A stretch of 64,000 nucleotides of DNA, taken from assembly GCF_018350175.1 (NCBI RefSeq), contig NC_058368.1, positions 85,748,001-85,812,000 of the forward strand, written 5' to 3'. The notes under the pieces are model-generated. The model had not been told where the DNA came from. It did not search any database and saw nothing but the letters and a program-made list of their open reading frames with translations. Every line of letters begins with the position of its first letter. Position 1 is the stretch's first letter. This DNA is from Felis catus (lineage: Eukaryota). The position numbers and the translations under genes were made by a program. This document shows positions 39,486-51,900 of the stretch, in pieces.

Positions 39486-41395
39486 GAAAGGTGCTCATTC
39501 TCTAAAACAATCCCATTAGATATACCTTAACAATTGTATTTTGCATATGAAGAAATTAAAAATAACTCCATTCTCCTTTGTCATATGGAAGCTATGTAAA
39601 AAAATTTTGACTCATATTCTGTCCATATAGTCCACAATCATTCACTGTAGTATTATAGCACTCTTTATATCTCAGTTGGATAAATAATCATTTTTGTCAA
39701 GCCCCCATGCATCTTTTCCATTTACATTTTTCTTGCTATTATTATTCTATTTGGGTTAAAATTGCTTTATTTATATCCTTTATACTGACACATGATGATT
39801 CTTAGTACCAAGCTCCATGTACATTCTAGTCACAACATGTTGATTAACTTTCCATGATTGAGTTTGAAGAATTAGCAGCGGGTATTCATTCTGATTTTGT
39901 CTATTAATCATTATAAAGAGGCTTTACAGCCTTATCTGGAATGCTGATTGCTTTGGGTCAAATTCCACTGAATATCCTGATTAGGGAAATTTAGTTTTAC
40001 TTCCGTGTAATTACACCCATTTCCATTAGCAGGAAGCTCAGAGAAACTTTTCAGAGATGGATTTACTCAAGTAATATTCAAACCCTATCTAGTTAGAATA
40101 CCAAGAATACCAAGATACCAAATATTAGCTCCAGTTTACATTCTTTGTCAGTATTTATTGATTGATTTGAAATAATCTCTAAGTAATAGGGTAAAAATAC
40201 TTTATAAAAATTTCAAGTTAAAATTGTGCAAGAACCAGAGATTGAATGTGATGGATTAGGACTTTTAGTTCCTGTGTTTCATTATATGGGGAGACCACAA
40301 ATGTTATTAGCTTTTGATAGAATAAGCTGGGTTTTTAGCATATCCAGAGTACAAGAACTGTACTGCAGGAAATTTCTTCAGTATTAGAATTACCTTGATT
40401 CCTGAGTTAAAGCATTTTGAGAAATTGCAATTGATACTGAAGAATTCTCTCAAGAGTCATGATAAGATTAAAGGTGCAGTACTTACAGTATTTTTATGAT
40501 CTTTATAAAACTCTAAAGCATAGTCAAATAACAATTCCTAAATTATACATCACAAAACACACATAATTAGAAGCAGGACACTTGCTTGCAAAAGGAACTT
40601 GTAAAATAATGAGTATGCCCAGATAGAGGGAAAAGAACAATGTAAGGCTTAATAATCACTGTGGAAATAAAATAATGAGATTTAAAAATAGTGGAGTCAC
40701 CTAGAACTGGGTGGTAAGGGAAGGATTCTTGAGGAAGTCTTTTCAAATTACCCTCAACTTACTGTATATCTGGGAGCAGCCTGGGAGTCAGACACAAGAC
40801 AACACACATACAGAAACCGACAACAATTCTCTTCAGTGATTGGGGAGGCTAAGAGATGTATTTGTTTGTTATCCCTCTGTCCTATTCCAGGCTGCCAGTA
40901 TCTTACAGAAAAAACACCTTGTGCACACATCTTGCATCCCAGCATTTGTGGCTGCTTCCCAGGGGACATATCCCTTGATAGTCTAGCTCTGGATTCCAGT
41001 AGGGCTTGGTTCATAGGTTCAAAGGGGTGGAAGAAAGCAAAGAAACAGACTATGCCCTCATGACTCAGTGAAAAGCTAGTAAACAGAATTTCCCATTCCC
41101 AGTATTTTCCTGAGAGAAGCTGATCTGCAGATCTTAAAAGCTGGAGGCTGAAGTTGAGACTACTAACATAACACACATCAAGGAGCTGAGTCAAATCTCT
41201 GGAAACTGGGGATGCTCATTTGTGCAGTAACTGTGTTATCCACCTGCTCTACTCCAGGTTGCTGGCATCTCCCTGGGAAGATTTTGTGCATTCTCAGGTA
41301 CCTCAGATATTGTGGTCATGAACCAAAGAGCACATTCTATGGTTGCCTAGCTCTGGTGACCCACAGGGTTACATTCCCAGATCCCAAGGGACTGT

Positions 41396-41407
41396 AACAA
41401 CAACTTC

Positions 41408-41443
<36 letters not shown>
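41396..41443. repeat. (CAA)n microsatellite, expanded relative to the left arm (5203-5225)
   Basis: About 15 caa units. Confidence 0.9.
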
Positions 41444-41445
<2 letters not shown>

Positions 41446-41658
41446 GAATCTTAATTATCTATTATCTCAGGACTCAACAAATATGGAAAAGACAGAAACA
41501 CCAATATCGCAGTCTTACCCTGAAAGAAGCCTATTTTCATACTTTAAACCCTGCTACCCTAAGGTCTAACCTCCCTATTAGACTGCATCTCAACTAGTAA
41601 TCTCTAGTGATGTTCAGATAACTAAGTACTTAATAAAGAACTCAGAAAAGGAGTTCAA

Positions 41659-41872
41659 GGAGATCCTAGGTGGCTCAGTCTGTTGAGCTTCTGACTTTGG
41701 CTCAGGTCATAATCTCACGGTTTGTGAGTTTGAGCCCTGCATTGGGCTTTGTGCTAACAGCTCAGAGCCTGGAGTCTGCTTCAGATTCTGTCTCTCCCTC
41801 TCCCTCTGCCCCTCCCCTGCTTTCTCTCTCTCTCTCTCTCTTTCTCTCTCAAAAATAAATAAACGTAAAAAA
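41659..41872 (+). mobile_element. Can-SINE; right arm only
   Basis: SINE body flanked by aaaggagttcaa / aaagagttcaa. Confidence 0.9.
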
Positions 41873-43139
41873 AGAGTTCAAAATAATAATCATAAGGATG
41901 CCTTCTGAGGTAAGAAACAAAATGCATGAACAAAGAGAATTTCAACAGAGAAAATATTACAGAATACTAAACTCACAGACTGAACTCACAGAACTGAAGA
42001 ATACAATAACTGAATTGCAAATCCTAAAAGAGGGATTAAACAGTAGGAACAAAATGAAGCAGGAAAAAGTATCAACAGAATAGTTGACAGAGCAGTGGGA
42101 TTCATTGAATAATTGGACCAAATTGCCTTCAGTATGATGAACAGCATTTGGGAAGCCATTGAGAAATAGAAAGTTCATTTTGGAAGATGGAATAATATGG
42201 GTTGAGACTGAAGAAAAATATGACATAGTATACATTGTCTCATATTTACTGAGTGTCTTGTATGGGCCACACATTGGGATATTTACTGGATTTACACACA
42301 TAAATATGAAAAGACATTTTCAGTATAGAAAGAAAAAGTCAGGTACTGAGGGCATTTGCTGGGAAATGAGGATTCAGACCTAAGTAGAATGGATAAAGCA
42401 TTTTGGGAAACAGGAAGGAAGATAAAAAAGAAAAGAACATCCCTTAGGATCCACACGCTAATAGAACTTGGAAATTAGCATTGTGAAATAAAACATAAGA
42501 TTTTATTAAGGGCTTTTGATACAGGAAGTGGTTTGCTAAGTGTTCTTTTAAAGAAATCCCTCTGGCTGAAATATCACTGATAGATTGTGCTGATTACTTA
42601 ATACAAAGGATCAGCCAGAGTCTCCTCTGACAAACACACAAACACAAAGAATAAAGACAACCACACTAGTTTATTCTCAATGGAAACTGGACAGAAAAGT
42701 TGGGCTCTGGGAACTATTTTAAGTAAATAAGTGAGGGCTAATAGGTGAGTAAATGGAAATGCTGAATGAATGCTGTTTAGCATCTTTCATTGCAGAAAAT
42801 TTGGCTCTATTACATTTCATATTCAACCCCATAACCATAAAGTAGGTAGTGTTACTAAAAGAAAATTTGAAATACTAAATGCCAAAAGATAATTCTGATC
42901 CTAATTTCCTATGCTTCCATCTTTTACCCTGTTGCTCTCACTCTAGCAATTATTCTAATTAAACACTAACCAAGAAAATTCCTATCCCTTGACTCTTTGA
43001 CTATGTCTACTATCACATTCATCAAGCCATGAAATCCCTGTCACTTCAAACATGGTGTTATAAAAATTGTCAATACCCCTTCAGTTTATTTAGAATGGAA
43101 GGCAAATCCCTAACCCTGGAATTATTTAAGCCTGCAATT

Positions 43140-43168
43140 CTATTTTTATATGTTTATTTATTTATTTT

Positions 43169-43206
<38 letters not shown>

Positions 43207-43367
43207 AAGTGGGAGGGGAAAGGGCAAGATAAAGAGAGATTTCCAAGTGGACTGGATGCTTTCAGTATGGAACCCATTTGGGGTTCAATCCCATGAATTT
43301 TGAGACCATGATTTGAGCTGAAATCAAGAGTCTGATGCTTAAATGACTGAGCCACACGGACATCCCT
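43140..43367 (-). mobile_element. Can-SINE, paralog of 3076-3356
   Basis: Same flanks and same diagnostic changes (e.g. gggattgaaccc) as the left-arm copy. Confidence 0.9.
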
Positions 43368-44972
43368 TAATCTGCTGTTCTTTTTTCTCAAAAGTAGATG
43401 GTTATATACAAAAGACAAATGGTTACACTGCAGGGTTTTAATTTCAACAATATCTGTCTGGGTTGTCAGTTATTCCCATCAATAATCCAAAATTTTCCTT
43501 CCCAGCATTCTTTTCCGCCACTCACCACCTGAAACTATATCAAAGTTTGACTAATCTCCTCATTCCTTTATATCACTCTAACATTTAATCTGGTGAGATA
43601 ATTTCATCTGCTCCTTCAGACTCTGTGAAATGGATTACTGTCCTTTTGTATTTCATTTGTTCGTGGAATAGGTTGTGCCCTTCCCACTGATCATTTTCCT
43701 ATCCCTTCTTTGATACTATCTCATTCTACCTCTTCTTGTGGCAATATTTCATGTCATGGCTTACTTTCTTTCACTTGGCATTTGTCCCTCATATTATTAA
43801 ATAAGCTCTCAGATCACACTTTCTTATCCATATATCCTTACAATATAATTCTAGAAAACCTCCTGGGTATGTCTTGCATACCACGACACCTTCCCTAGTT
43901 TACTGTAGTCTGGTCATAAGCAACCATTTTGTTGCCAAATCCAATCTGTATATCCAAGATAAAAATAAAAATCTTTGATTTTCATTATTTGTGCAGTGTG
44001 AGGGTTTCTAAACACAGAACCCAAGGTCGGAAACCCCATGACCAAATCTGAATGTGGGTCTTCTCTGTTTCTCATATTGACATAGGTTGTGCCTTCAGCC
44101 TATGGTGCCTTTTCAACCCCTTTCCTTGTGTTAAAATCACAATGCAAAGCTCTTACTGGGTTTTGTGCAGTTTATTCATTTCTTCTTCACCTACTTATCC
44201 TACAGCGAGGCACTAAATTGAGTGACTTTTATAGTAAGTTTTTCATGCTGTTTTTCAGGCTACTTTGCCTTCACTTCAGCTTCTATACATTTAATCCATA
44301 TTTATGGTACAGAGCTTAGAAAACTCTCACATAATCATATTCTGTTTATATTCTCTCACTAAATAGAAATACCCTTGATTGTACGTATATGTTTATATAG
44401 ATAATGTCCATAGAATGTGTTTTATCGGTGAATTGACAAACATACCATGACTTAAAATAATCACATTGATTAGGAGAAAAAGAACCCAGAAATAAATCTA
44501 CACATATGCAATCAATTAATTTTTATAAGGATGCCAACAACACATGATGGATAAATTATAGTTTCTTCAATAAATGTTGCTAGGAAAAGTGGATATTTAC
44601 ATGTAAACAATGGGGTATTGGGTTTAACATGGAGGTGATGCAAGATCTTCAACTCACTTCCTCCCACAGGCACAAAACATCTACAACTACACATGGAATA
44701 ATATCTCTGATAGGAACCTGAAAATTGAAGGCACAGAGTCTCCACAAAGGATTAAATGACTCTTTGAGATGGGAAAGGGGGATGAGATATTGGCTCACGA
44801 GGGAAGAAAGTGCACCTTATTGTGATGTGTCACAATCAGGAGGGATGTCACACATATAGACCTTTTGTTCAGAGTGAGGGATTCAAGCTCTACATCACAA
44901 TCCCCAATCCTTATATCCTGCACAGAAAAGATAAGAACCCCCAAAACCGCGTATTTAAAATTAATGGGGATT

Positions 44973-45202
44973 GAGACACCTGGGTGGCTTAGTCAGTTAA
45001 GCTTGGAGTCTCCTTTTCGCCTCGGGTCATGATCTCACAGTTCATGAGACTGAGCCCCACATAGGGCTCTGTGCTGACAGCCTGGAGCCTGCTTGGAAAT
45101 CACTGTCTCCCTCTTTCTCTGTCTTCCCTCCCTGTGTGCTTGCTCATTCTCTCTCTCTCCCTCTCGAAATAAATACATAAACTTTAACAAAATAAAATAA
45201 AA
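44973..45202 (+). mobile_element. Can-SINE, paralog of 1221-1427
   Basis: aatggggatt TSD on both sides; same flanks as the left-arm copy. Confidence 0.9.
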
Positions 45203-46402
45203 TCAATGGGGATTTCATTCAGGAAAACTGTATAACTATAGATTTTGGAAAACATGCCCTTAAGGACCATGCATACAGCACTCAAATGAAAGCAAGCACA
45301 AAATCACTGCTTTGAACAGTGGATAGAGCATAGGTCAAGGAGACGCACTTGCTAACCTTAAAGTCCTGGAAATAGGAAATAGCAGGGACTCTCCTGGGAG
45401 CTGAGACAGCAGAAGGAACCATATTGTGATCTCGTTCAACCTTACTGATCCTGCCACTTGACTTCTGCCTCCCACCTGCTAACACCAGTGGTTATGCTCT
45501 GCTGAGAGCCCCAACCACCAATATAGCACAGCAGCCAGAGACATCCATCACACTAAGCAGTGAACCATCCCTACCCTCCCTGCAGAGTGGGAATCATGCA
45601 AATGTCCTATAGTCAGGCTGAGGCCATCCTTGCCCCCAACATGTCACAGCAGCATCTGAAGCCTCATCCTGCAGCCAAACTGTGTTCCAATCCCACCACC
45701 ATCATGTCACACCGCTCCCCTGCCTTAAGAAGAGTGTGCAAACATCCCACAAATGGACAACACCAACACCTGATTCTGGAGGCTAAGAGACATTGTGCTT
45801 CTGGGCCCCAGAGGACATCTCCTACATAAGGCCACTGCTTGAAGACTGAGAAAGGGACCCCTTGGGGGACTCATTCAGTTGAGCATTAGTTTCCTGTATA
45901 ATAAAAGGTGTTTTTCATCCCTGATGGCTTATTTCAAGGTTTCTTTTTTATTTGTCTTTATTTTTTAGCAGTTTGAATGTCAAGTGCCTAGGTGCAATTT
46001 TTAAGACACTTATCTTTTCTATATTCTCTGAGTTTCTTTTATCTGTGGTTTGGTGTCTGCCATTAATTTTGGGATTCTCAGCCATTATTTCTACAAATGT
46101 TTCTTGTATACTTTTACCTCTTCCTTCTCCTTCTGGTATTCTTATCACATGTATATGACACCTTTATGTAATTGTCTCATAGTCCTTAGCTATTCATAAG
46201 GTTTACATTAAGTTTCAGTTTTGAAAATTTCTATTAATCTTTTGTCAAATTCACTAGTATTTCCTCAGCCATGTCAAATTTATTGATGAGCCTATCAAAG
46301 GCATTTTATATTTGTGTTACAGTGTTTTTTTTTTTTTTATTTCTAGCATCTTTTTTTAATTCTTTCTTAGAGTTTCTATCTCTCTCCTTACATTATCCAT
46401 TT

Positions 46403-47493
46403 TTTTTATATATGAAATTTATTGACAAATTGGTTTCCATACAACACCCAGTGCTCATCCCAAAAGGTGCCCTCCTCAATACCCATCACCCACCCTCTCC
46501 TCCCTCCCACCCCCCATCAACCCTCAGTTTGTTCTCAGTTTTTAACAGTCTCTTATGCTTTGGCTCTCTCCCACTCTAACCTCTTTTTTTTTTTTTTTCC
46601 TTCCCCTCCCCCATGGGTTCCTGTTAAGTTTCTCAGGATCCACATAAGAGTGAAACCATATGGTATCTGTCTTTCTCTGTATGGCTTATTTCACTCAGCA
46701 TCACACTCTCCAGTTCCATCCACGTTGCTACAAAAGGCCATATTTCATTTTTTCTCATTGCCACGTAGTATTCCATTGTGTATATAAACCACAATTTCTT
46801 TATCCATTCATCAGTTGATGGACATTTAGGCTCTTTCCATAATTTGGCTATTGTTGAGAGTGCTGCTATGAACATTGGGGTACAAGTGGCCCTATGCATC
46901 AGTACTCCTGTATCCCTTGGATAAATTCCTAGCAGTGCTATTGCTGGGTCATAGGGTAGGTCTATTTTTAATTTTCTGAGGAACCTCCACACTGCTTTCC
47001 AGAGCGGCTGCACCAATTTGCGTTCCCACCAACAGTGCAAGAGGGTTCCCGTTTCTCCACATCCTCTCCAGCATCTATAGTCTCCTGATTTGTTCATTTT
47101 GGCCACTCTGACTGGCGTGAGGTGATACCTGAGTGTGGTTTTGATTTGTATTTCCCTGATAAGGAGCGACGCTGAACATCTTTTCATGTGCCTGTTGGCC
47201 ATCCGGATGTCTTCTTCAGAGAAGTGTCTATTCATGTTTTCTGCCCATTTCTTCACTGGGTTATTTGTTTTTTGGGTGTGGAGTTTGGTGAGCTCTTTAT
47301 AGATTTTGGATGGGGGATCCTGTGAGACAAAGTCCCAGAGACATCACTACAAGCATAAAACATACAGACATCACAATGACTCTAAACCCGTATCTTTCTA
47401 TAATAACACTGAATGTAAATGGATTAAATGCTCCAACCAAAAGACATAGGGTATCAGAATGGATAAAAAAACAAGACCCATCTATTTGCTGTC
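46403..47493 (-). mobile_element. Young felid L1, 5'-inverted and truncated (3' part 46403-47311 on -, inverted part 47312-47493 on +)
   Basis: tatccattt TSD at 46394-46402 and 47494-47502; open 207-aa ORF2 C-terminus; the paralogous site at about 20-45 is empty. Confidence 0.95.
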
Positions 47494-47899
47494 TATCCAT
47501 TTCTTTTTGTGTGTTGTAGAGTATTTCCGTTAGAAACTCTATCCCATTAATTTTGTTTTTATTTCCTAGTCTTATAATTTATACACCTCTTCTTTTTTAA
47601 CATGATTATATTAATTCTTAGTATATTTATATTTGCTTATATTAATATGTGTGATTTTTTTTTGAAATCTGACACCATGCCTCCAGTTTTCTCTCCTAAG
47701 CATTAACATGTTTTTTCAATGAACTTTTCTTATTTTATTGATAACTTCTATTTTTTCTTACTATTTTAAATAATTCAAGTTTTATATAAAGCTAATTTAT
47801 TGAATCACACCATACATTACAGTGTTTCTAATCATGTAACAACATTTCTTTTCTATATATAAATTCAACCTATTATTTAGTATCTTTGGTTTTACTATG

Positions 47900-48860
47900 A
47901 CCTTGTCTTTCTTAAATTTTACACTTTTTTTATTTTTAAATAACTGTAGATTTAATGAAAAGGAGCAAACTTAATACAGAGAATTCCCTTCTCCTGTTTT
48001 GATATGACTATACTCCACAAAAAATATTCAGATGTTACAGTGTTACAGTTGTTACACACACTTCATGTGTGTGTTTGTGTGTGTGAGAGAGTAGTTTTAT
48101 ACAATGTTACTCCATGATTAAATATGGGTAACAACTTCAACCAAGAAGTAGAAAAGTATGATCACCACAAAGATCTCTTGCGTTACTCCTTTAGAGTCAC
48201 ATTTGCCTTTCGCCCCACACCTCAACCCTATTCTCAGTCTCTAACCCCTGTGAACCACTAATCTATTCTCCACTTATATAATTCCATAAAGAACATTATG
48301 TGAATAGACACATGCAATCTTTGTCACTGGTGTTTCACAGTGTAATTCCACTGAGATCCATTCAAGTTCATTTGTGTACCAATACTTCCTTTTTAATACG
48401 AGTAGTAAACCGCAGTACAGATGTGCCACAGTTTGTTTAACTACTCACCCACTGAAGGACATTTGGATTACTTCAAATTTTTGACTATTACCAAATAGCT
48501 TTATAAACATCTTTACACATTTTATATGAATAAAATTTTTATATTTCTGTGAATATGGTCAACACTTACAACTATTGTGTCATGTGGCATTTGGATATTT
48601 ATTTTAATAGAAATTACAAAATTATTTTTTTAGAGTTTGTGTACCATTTCACATTCTCATTAGCATTGTACGATTGATCCATTTTATCTGTTATCTTTAC
48701 AAGTATTGGCATTGTCACTTAAAAAAAAACAAAAAAAATGTTAATTTGTTAAAATAATTGTGTAGTGATATCTCATCATGTTTTATTTCATATTTTTTAT
48801 GGCTAATGATTTTGTACATATTTTTATAAAAATATTTATGCACCTATGTATACTCTATGA
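47900..48860 (-). mobile_element. Old L1M 3'-end fragment
   Basis: aaccactaatctattctcc, ctactcacccactgaaggacatttggattacttc and gtgatatctcatcatgttttattt: antisense L1 3' features. Confidence 0.8.
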
Positions 48861-49350
48861 CTAACATAGAGTAACCATGCCAGGCCTGTTTATGTTGTTT
48901 CACCCAGTTTTGTAACTAGATCATTTTTTTCATTTTTGCTTTGATTTATGATGTTTATGTATAAATAATAGCTAAAATATGTAGAACAGGTGCTCCCATG
49001 TTTACGCCCAAAAGTAAGATGAAAGAAGGAGAAGAATCCTTGTATAGAAACTCACCCTCTCTCTTGGGATATTGAGATCTAGGCATCTCACAACCTCTGT
49101 ACCTGTACACAGAACTTCTCACTGCTTTATGTGACACTGTTCATGCTTGCCTTCTGCCAATTAAGACGAGTTGAATGTCACTAATTTTGTTTTCCTTGAA
49201 AGAGTAAAAAAGTGGTTTAAATTCTAATTCAGAAAACCAATCTCCTTACTGAAATGAAGGGTTAAAGTTTTCTTCATTCTGTCAGGTGATTGTTTCATCC
49301 TATAATCAATAACCTTGCTTTAACTTTCTTCCTTAATTAGTCCTTTCCTG

Positions 49351-49390
49351 TATAAAAGCAATAGTCAGTTTGTTTAGAGTCCACTTCCTG
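49351..49390 (+). promoter_or_regulatory. Candidate core promoter (TATA plus Inr/ETS)
   Basis: TATAAAAG at 49351; Inr match CCACTTC with its A at 49383, 32 nt downstream and overlapping the ETS core cacttcctg. Confidence 0.35.
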
Positions 49391-49514
49391 CTTTCACTCT
49401 TCCCTATGTGAGTGGCCTAACAAGTTAGTTTTTTTGTGAATCATGTTCACAGTGTTCTAGAAACAGTGTGAATGTAAGTGAACCAGATCTTAGGACTGTG
49501 ACCCTTGATAGCTC

Positions 49515-49629
49515 ATGGGAGGACAGACGTCTGACCTTCTAGCACTGAGACCACCAACTGGGATGCAGCTTTTCTGCGTGAGCATCAAGACCCTTCTTCT
49601 TTCAGTTCTGCTTCCCTGGCCAGGTGCAG
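49515..49629 (+). CDS. Candidate leader (signal-peptide-like) exon of an unidentified gene
   Basis: Open frame MGGQTSDLLALRPPTGMQLFCVSIKTLLLSVLLPWPGA ending in phase 1 at the consensus donor GCAG|gtaagt. Confidence 0.4.
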
Positions 49630-49775
49630 GTAAGTAGGACAGAGGAACAGATGTGTTTTTCTTTACCTTGGAACTAAGCTTAGAAGTCATTTTTTTTTCC
49701 ATAGAACACTCTCAGGGCTTCAGCTCTTTTCCCATTATCTGGAACTGAAGACCTGAGAATTGTTCTCATTTCAGT

Positions 49776-49783
49776 CTCTCTCT

Positions 49784-49832
<49 letters not shown>
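49776..49832. repeat. (TC)n microsatellite
   Basis: More than 25 tc units. Confidence 0.95.
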
Positions 49833-49835
<3 letters not shown>

Positions 49836-50509
49836 TGCCTTACTGTGTACCTTTCCTTTTCTGTACCTTTTGGGATAAAATCATGTAATTTTGTCAAAGC
49901 GACTTGTAAACTGTAAATAAGAGGAATATTTCAAAATGCTCTGTTTTTAATGTTCTACCTAGTTTATATGACACATTTTCTAAGCTTAGCCTAAAAGAGA
50001 AAAGTCAGTTTTCAGCCCTAAGGGATGTTCTCTACCACTGCTGCCAGAACCTAGAGCCAAAAGCTTTGGGATTCCATTGTCATGTTGCACCCTCCTTCTG
50101 CATGTCCTTGGCAGGGTTATTAAATACTTTGGCTGTAATAAATCCCCTTATGTTAATGTGAGTGCTCTTGAGCTAAGACTGAATATTATTTCCAATAAGT
50201 AAAGTTTATGTTTAAATAAGGTTGTGAGGAAATTGGTCCAATTAAGAAAACATGCAATTGCCAGACAGCAGGTTAATTGAAAGAAGTACACAATATACCA
50301 TTTCCTACCAAATGTAAATAGTGAAATATCAACAAATTTTGGTAGAGCTAGTTCATATTGATTTTAATGAAAGATTTTGTATTAAACAGTAAGGCAAATA
50401 CACATACTTTTCAAAGAAATATAAAGGAAAATTCCAAGCTCTAAAATGTATCTGAATCCCCTACCTTAGAAACATAATCTAATAAAAATATAAGAAATCA
50501 ATTAGTAAA

Positions 50510-50710
50510 GGGGCACCTGGGTGGCACAGTCTATTAAGTGTCTGCCCCGTGATTTCAGGTCAGGTCTTGATCTCATGGTTATTGAGATTGAGCCTTATGA
50601 CAGGCTCTGTATTGACAGCATGGATCCTGCTTGAAATTCTCTTTCTCCCTCTCTCTTCCCCCTCTCATGCTCTCTCTCTCAAAATAAATAAATACACTTC
50701 AAAAATAAAT
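50510..50710 (+). mobile_element. Can-SINE, older type
   Basis: ggggcacctgggtggcacagtc head; aaatcaattagta / aaatcaatgagta TSD. Confidence 0.9.
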
Positions 50711-51337
50711 CAATGAGTACATTAGAAAATAAATTTGGTAAATAAATACATAAATACATAAATACATTTGAGATATAACTATAAATTATAATTTATATCT
50801 CTGAAGTTTTATTTTTAAATTTAGTTTTATTGAGGTAAAATTTATATACAAAAATGCACATACTTAATATATACAATTTGTGAATTTGGAGATTTGCTGT
50901 TTTGTTTTGTTTCATTAGATGATCAATCAGGTGCAACTGCCAGAGGGAATACAAGAGAGGGTCAGGAAAACACAACTTGTTTCTCTCCAATGTCCTAGGG
51001 AAACAGTGATATTCCATGAAGGGGGTTACATGGAGAAAGACAAAGGAAGTGCCAGGAGGGGTGGTCAGCTAAGCAGTTTGAGAGTCTAGACAGTGGAAGG
51101 CTCATGGGCAAGTATCTTATTGGGGTGAGGTGGGATACATAAATAAAAGGCACAAATAAATTTATTCATTTGAATGTCAAAAGAACTCATATTCTGTAAC
51201 TTTTCCAACCTGCAAACTGATGGGGGTTGTATAGATGTCCCTATATGGACTTCAATTGGTCACTATCTGTCCTACAAGTAACTATTACAGAAGGTCATTG
51301 TTGTAGGGTCCTGAGTGGTCATCAGGGTCAATTTGTT

Positions 51338-51900
51338 TCAAGTAAAAGGACCAGATGTTGACTGGGCAAAGGACACAGGAAATAGTTGCATGTGTCTCAA
51401 CCAAAGGAAATAAATAATGTGAAAGGGACAATATATCAGGATTATTACTATAATAAAAATAAAAGGTGTGATAAGAATACCTTTTAGCATGGACCATAGT
51501 CCACCTCCCAACCATGATCTCAGCCAATCTTTAAGTGACAATGTAGGGTATTTAAGAGCACCAATTTGGTTATTTGTATCAGTATGTAATCCTGTTATAG
51601 TTTTGTTATAGTGTGTATTGTAGATGTAACATTCCACTTTAATAATGGCATAAGTTCCTCTTGTGCTGCTGTTATCTAAGTTATCTAATGCCATTCTGTT
51701 GTGTAGAATTTGTTTATTCATGTGAGTTACTTTAGTGTTTAACAATGTAAAGCTGTTTTGTGAGTTAAGGCATTAATTTTGTATTTATCAAGGAGCTCCG
51801 TGTGCTACATGACATCTCCTAAACCTGCTGAAATGAGAAAAATACATGTCAGATGGTAATACCAGTGAAACATGGATCTTATGTATGATTGTTTTAGATA
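51338..51900 (-). pseudogene. Retroviral env transmembrane-subunit remnant
   Basis: LHNRMALD immunosuppressive motif, decayed CX6CC (YAIIKVECY), DWLRSWLGG, hydrophobic anchor GILITPFIFIIVIILIYC. The upstream fusion region is frameshifted. Confidence 0.9.

Larger units (their letters stand above)
39488..47528. repeat. Right arm of the inverted segmental duplication (partner 1-7163)
   Basis: See left arm. After removing the L1 at 46403-47493, the reverse complement of 47494-47528 matches positions 1-36. Confidence 0.95.

Noticed and set aside
46633..47256. 207-aa minus-strand ORF as a host gene
   Set aside because: It is the C-terminus of L1 ORF2p inside a truncated insertion.
51338..51745. 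env ORF as a captured syncytin-like gene
   Set aside because: Only part of TM is open, the CX6CC cysteines are lost and the SU region is disrupted.
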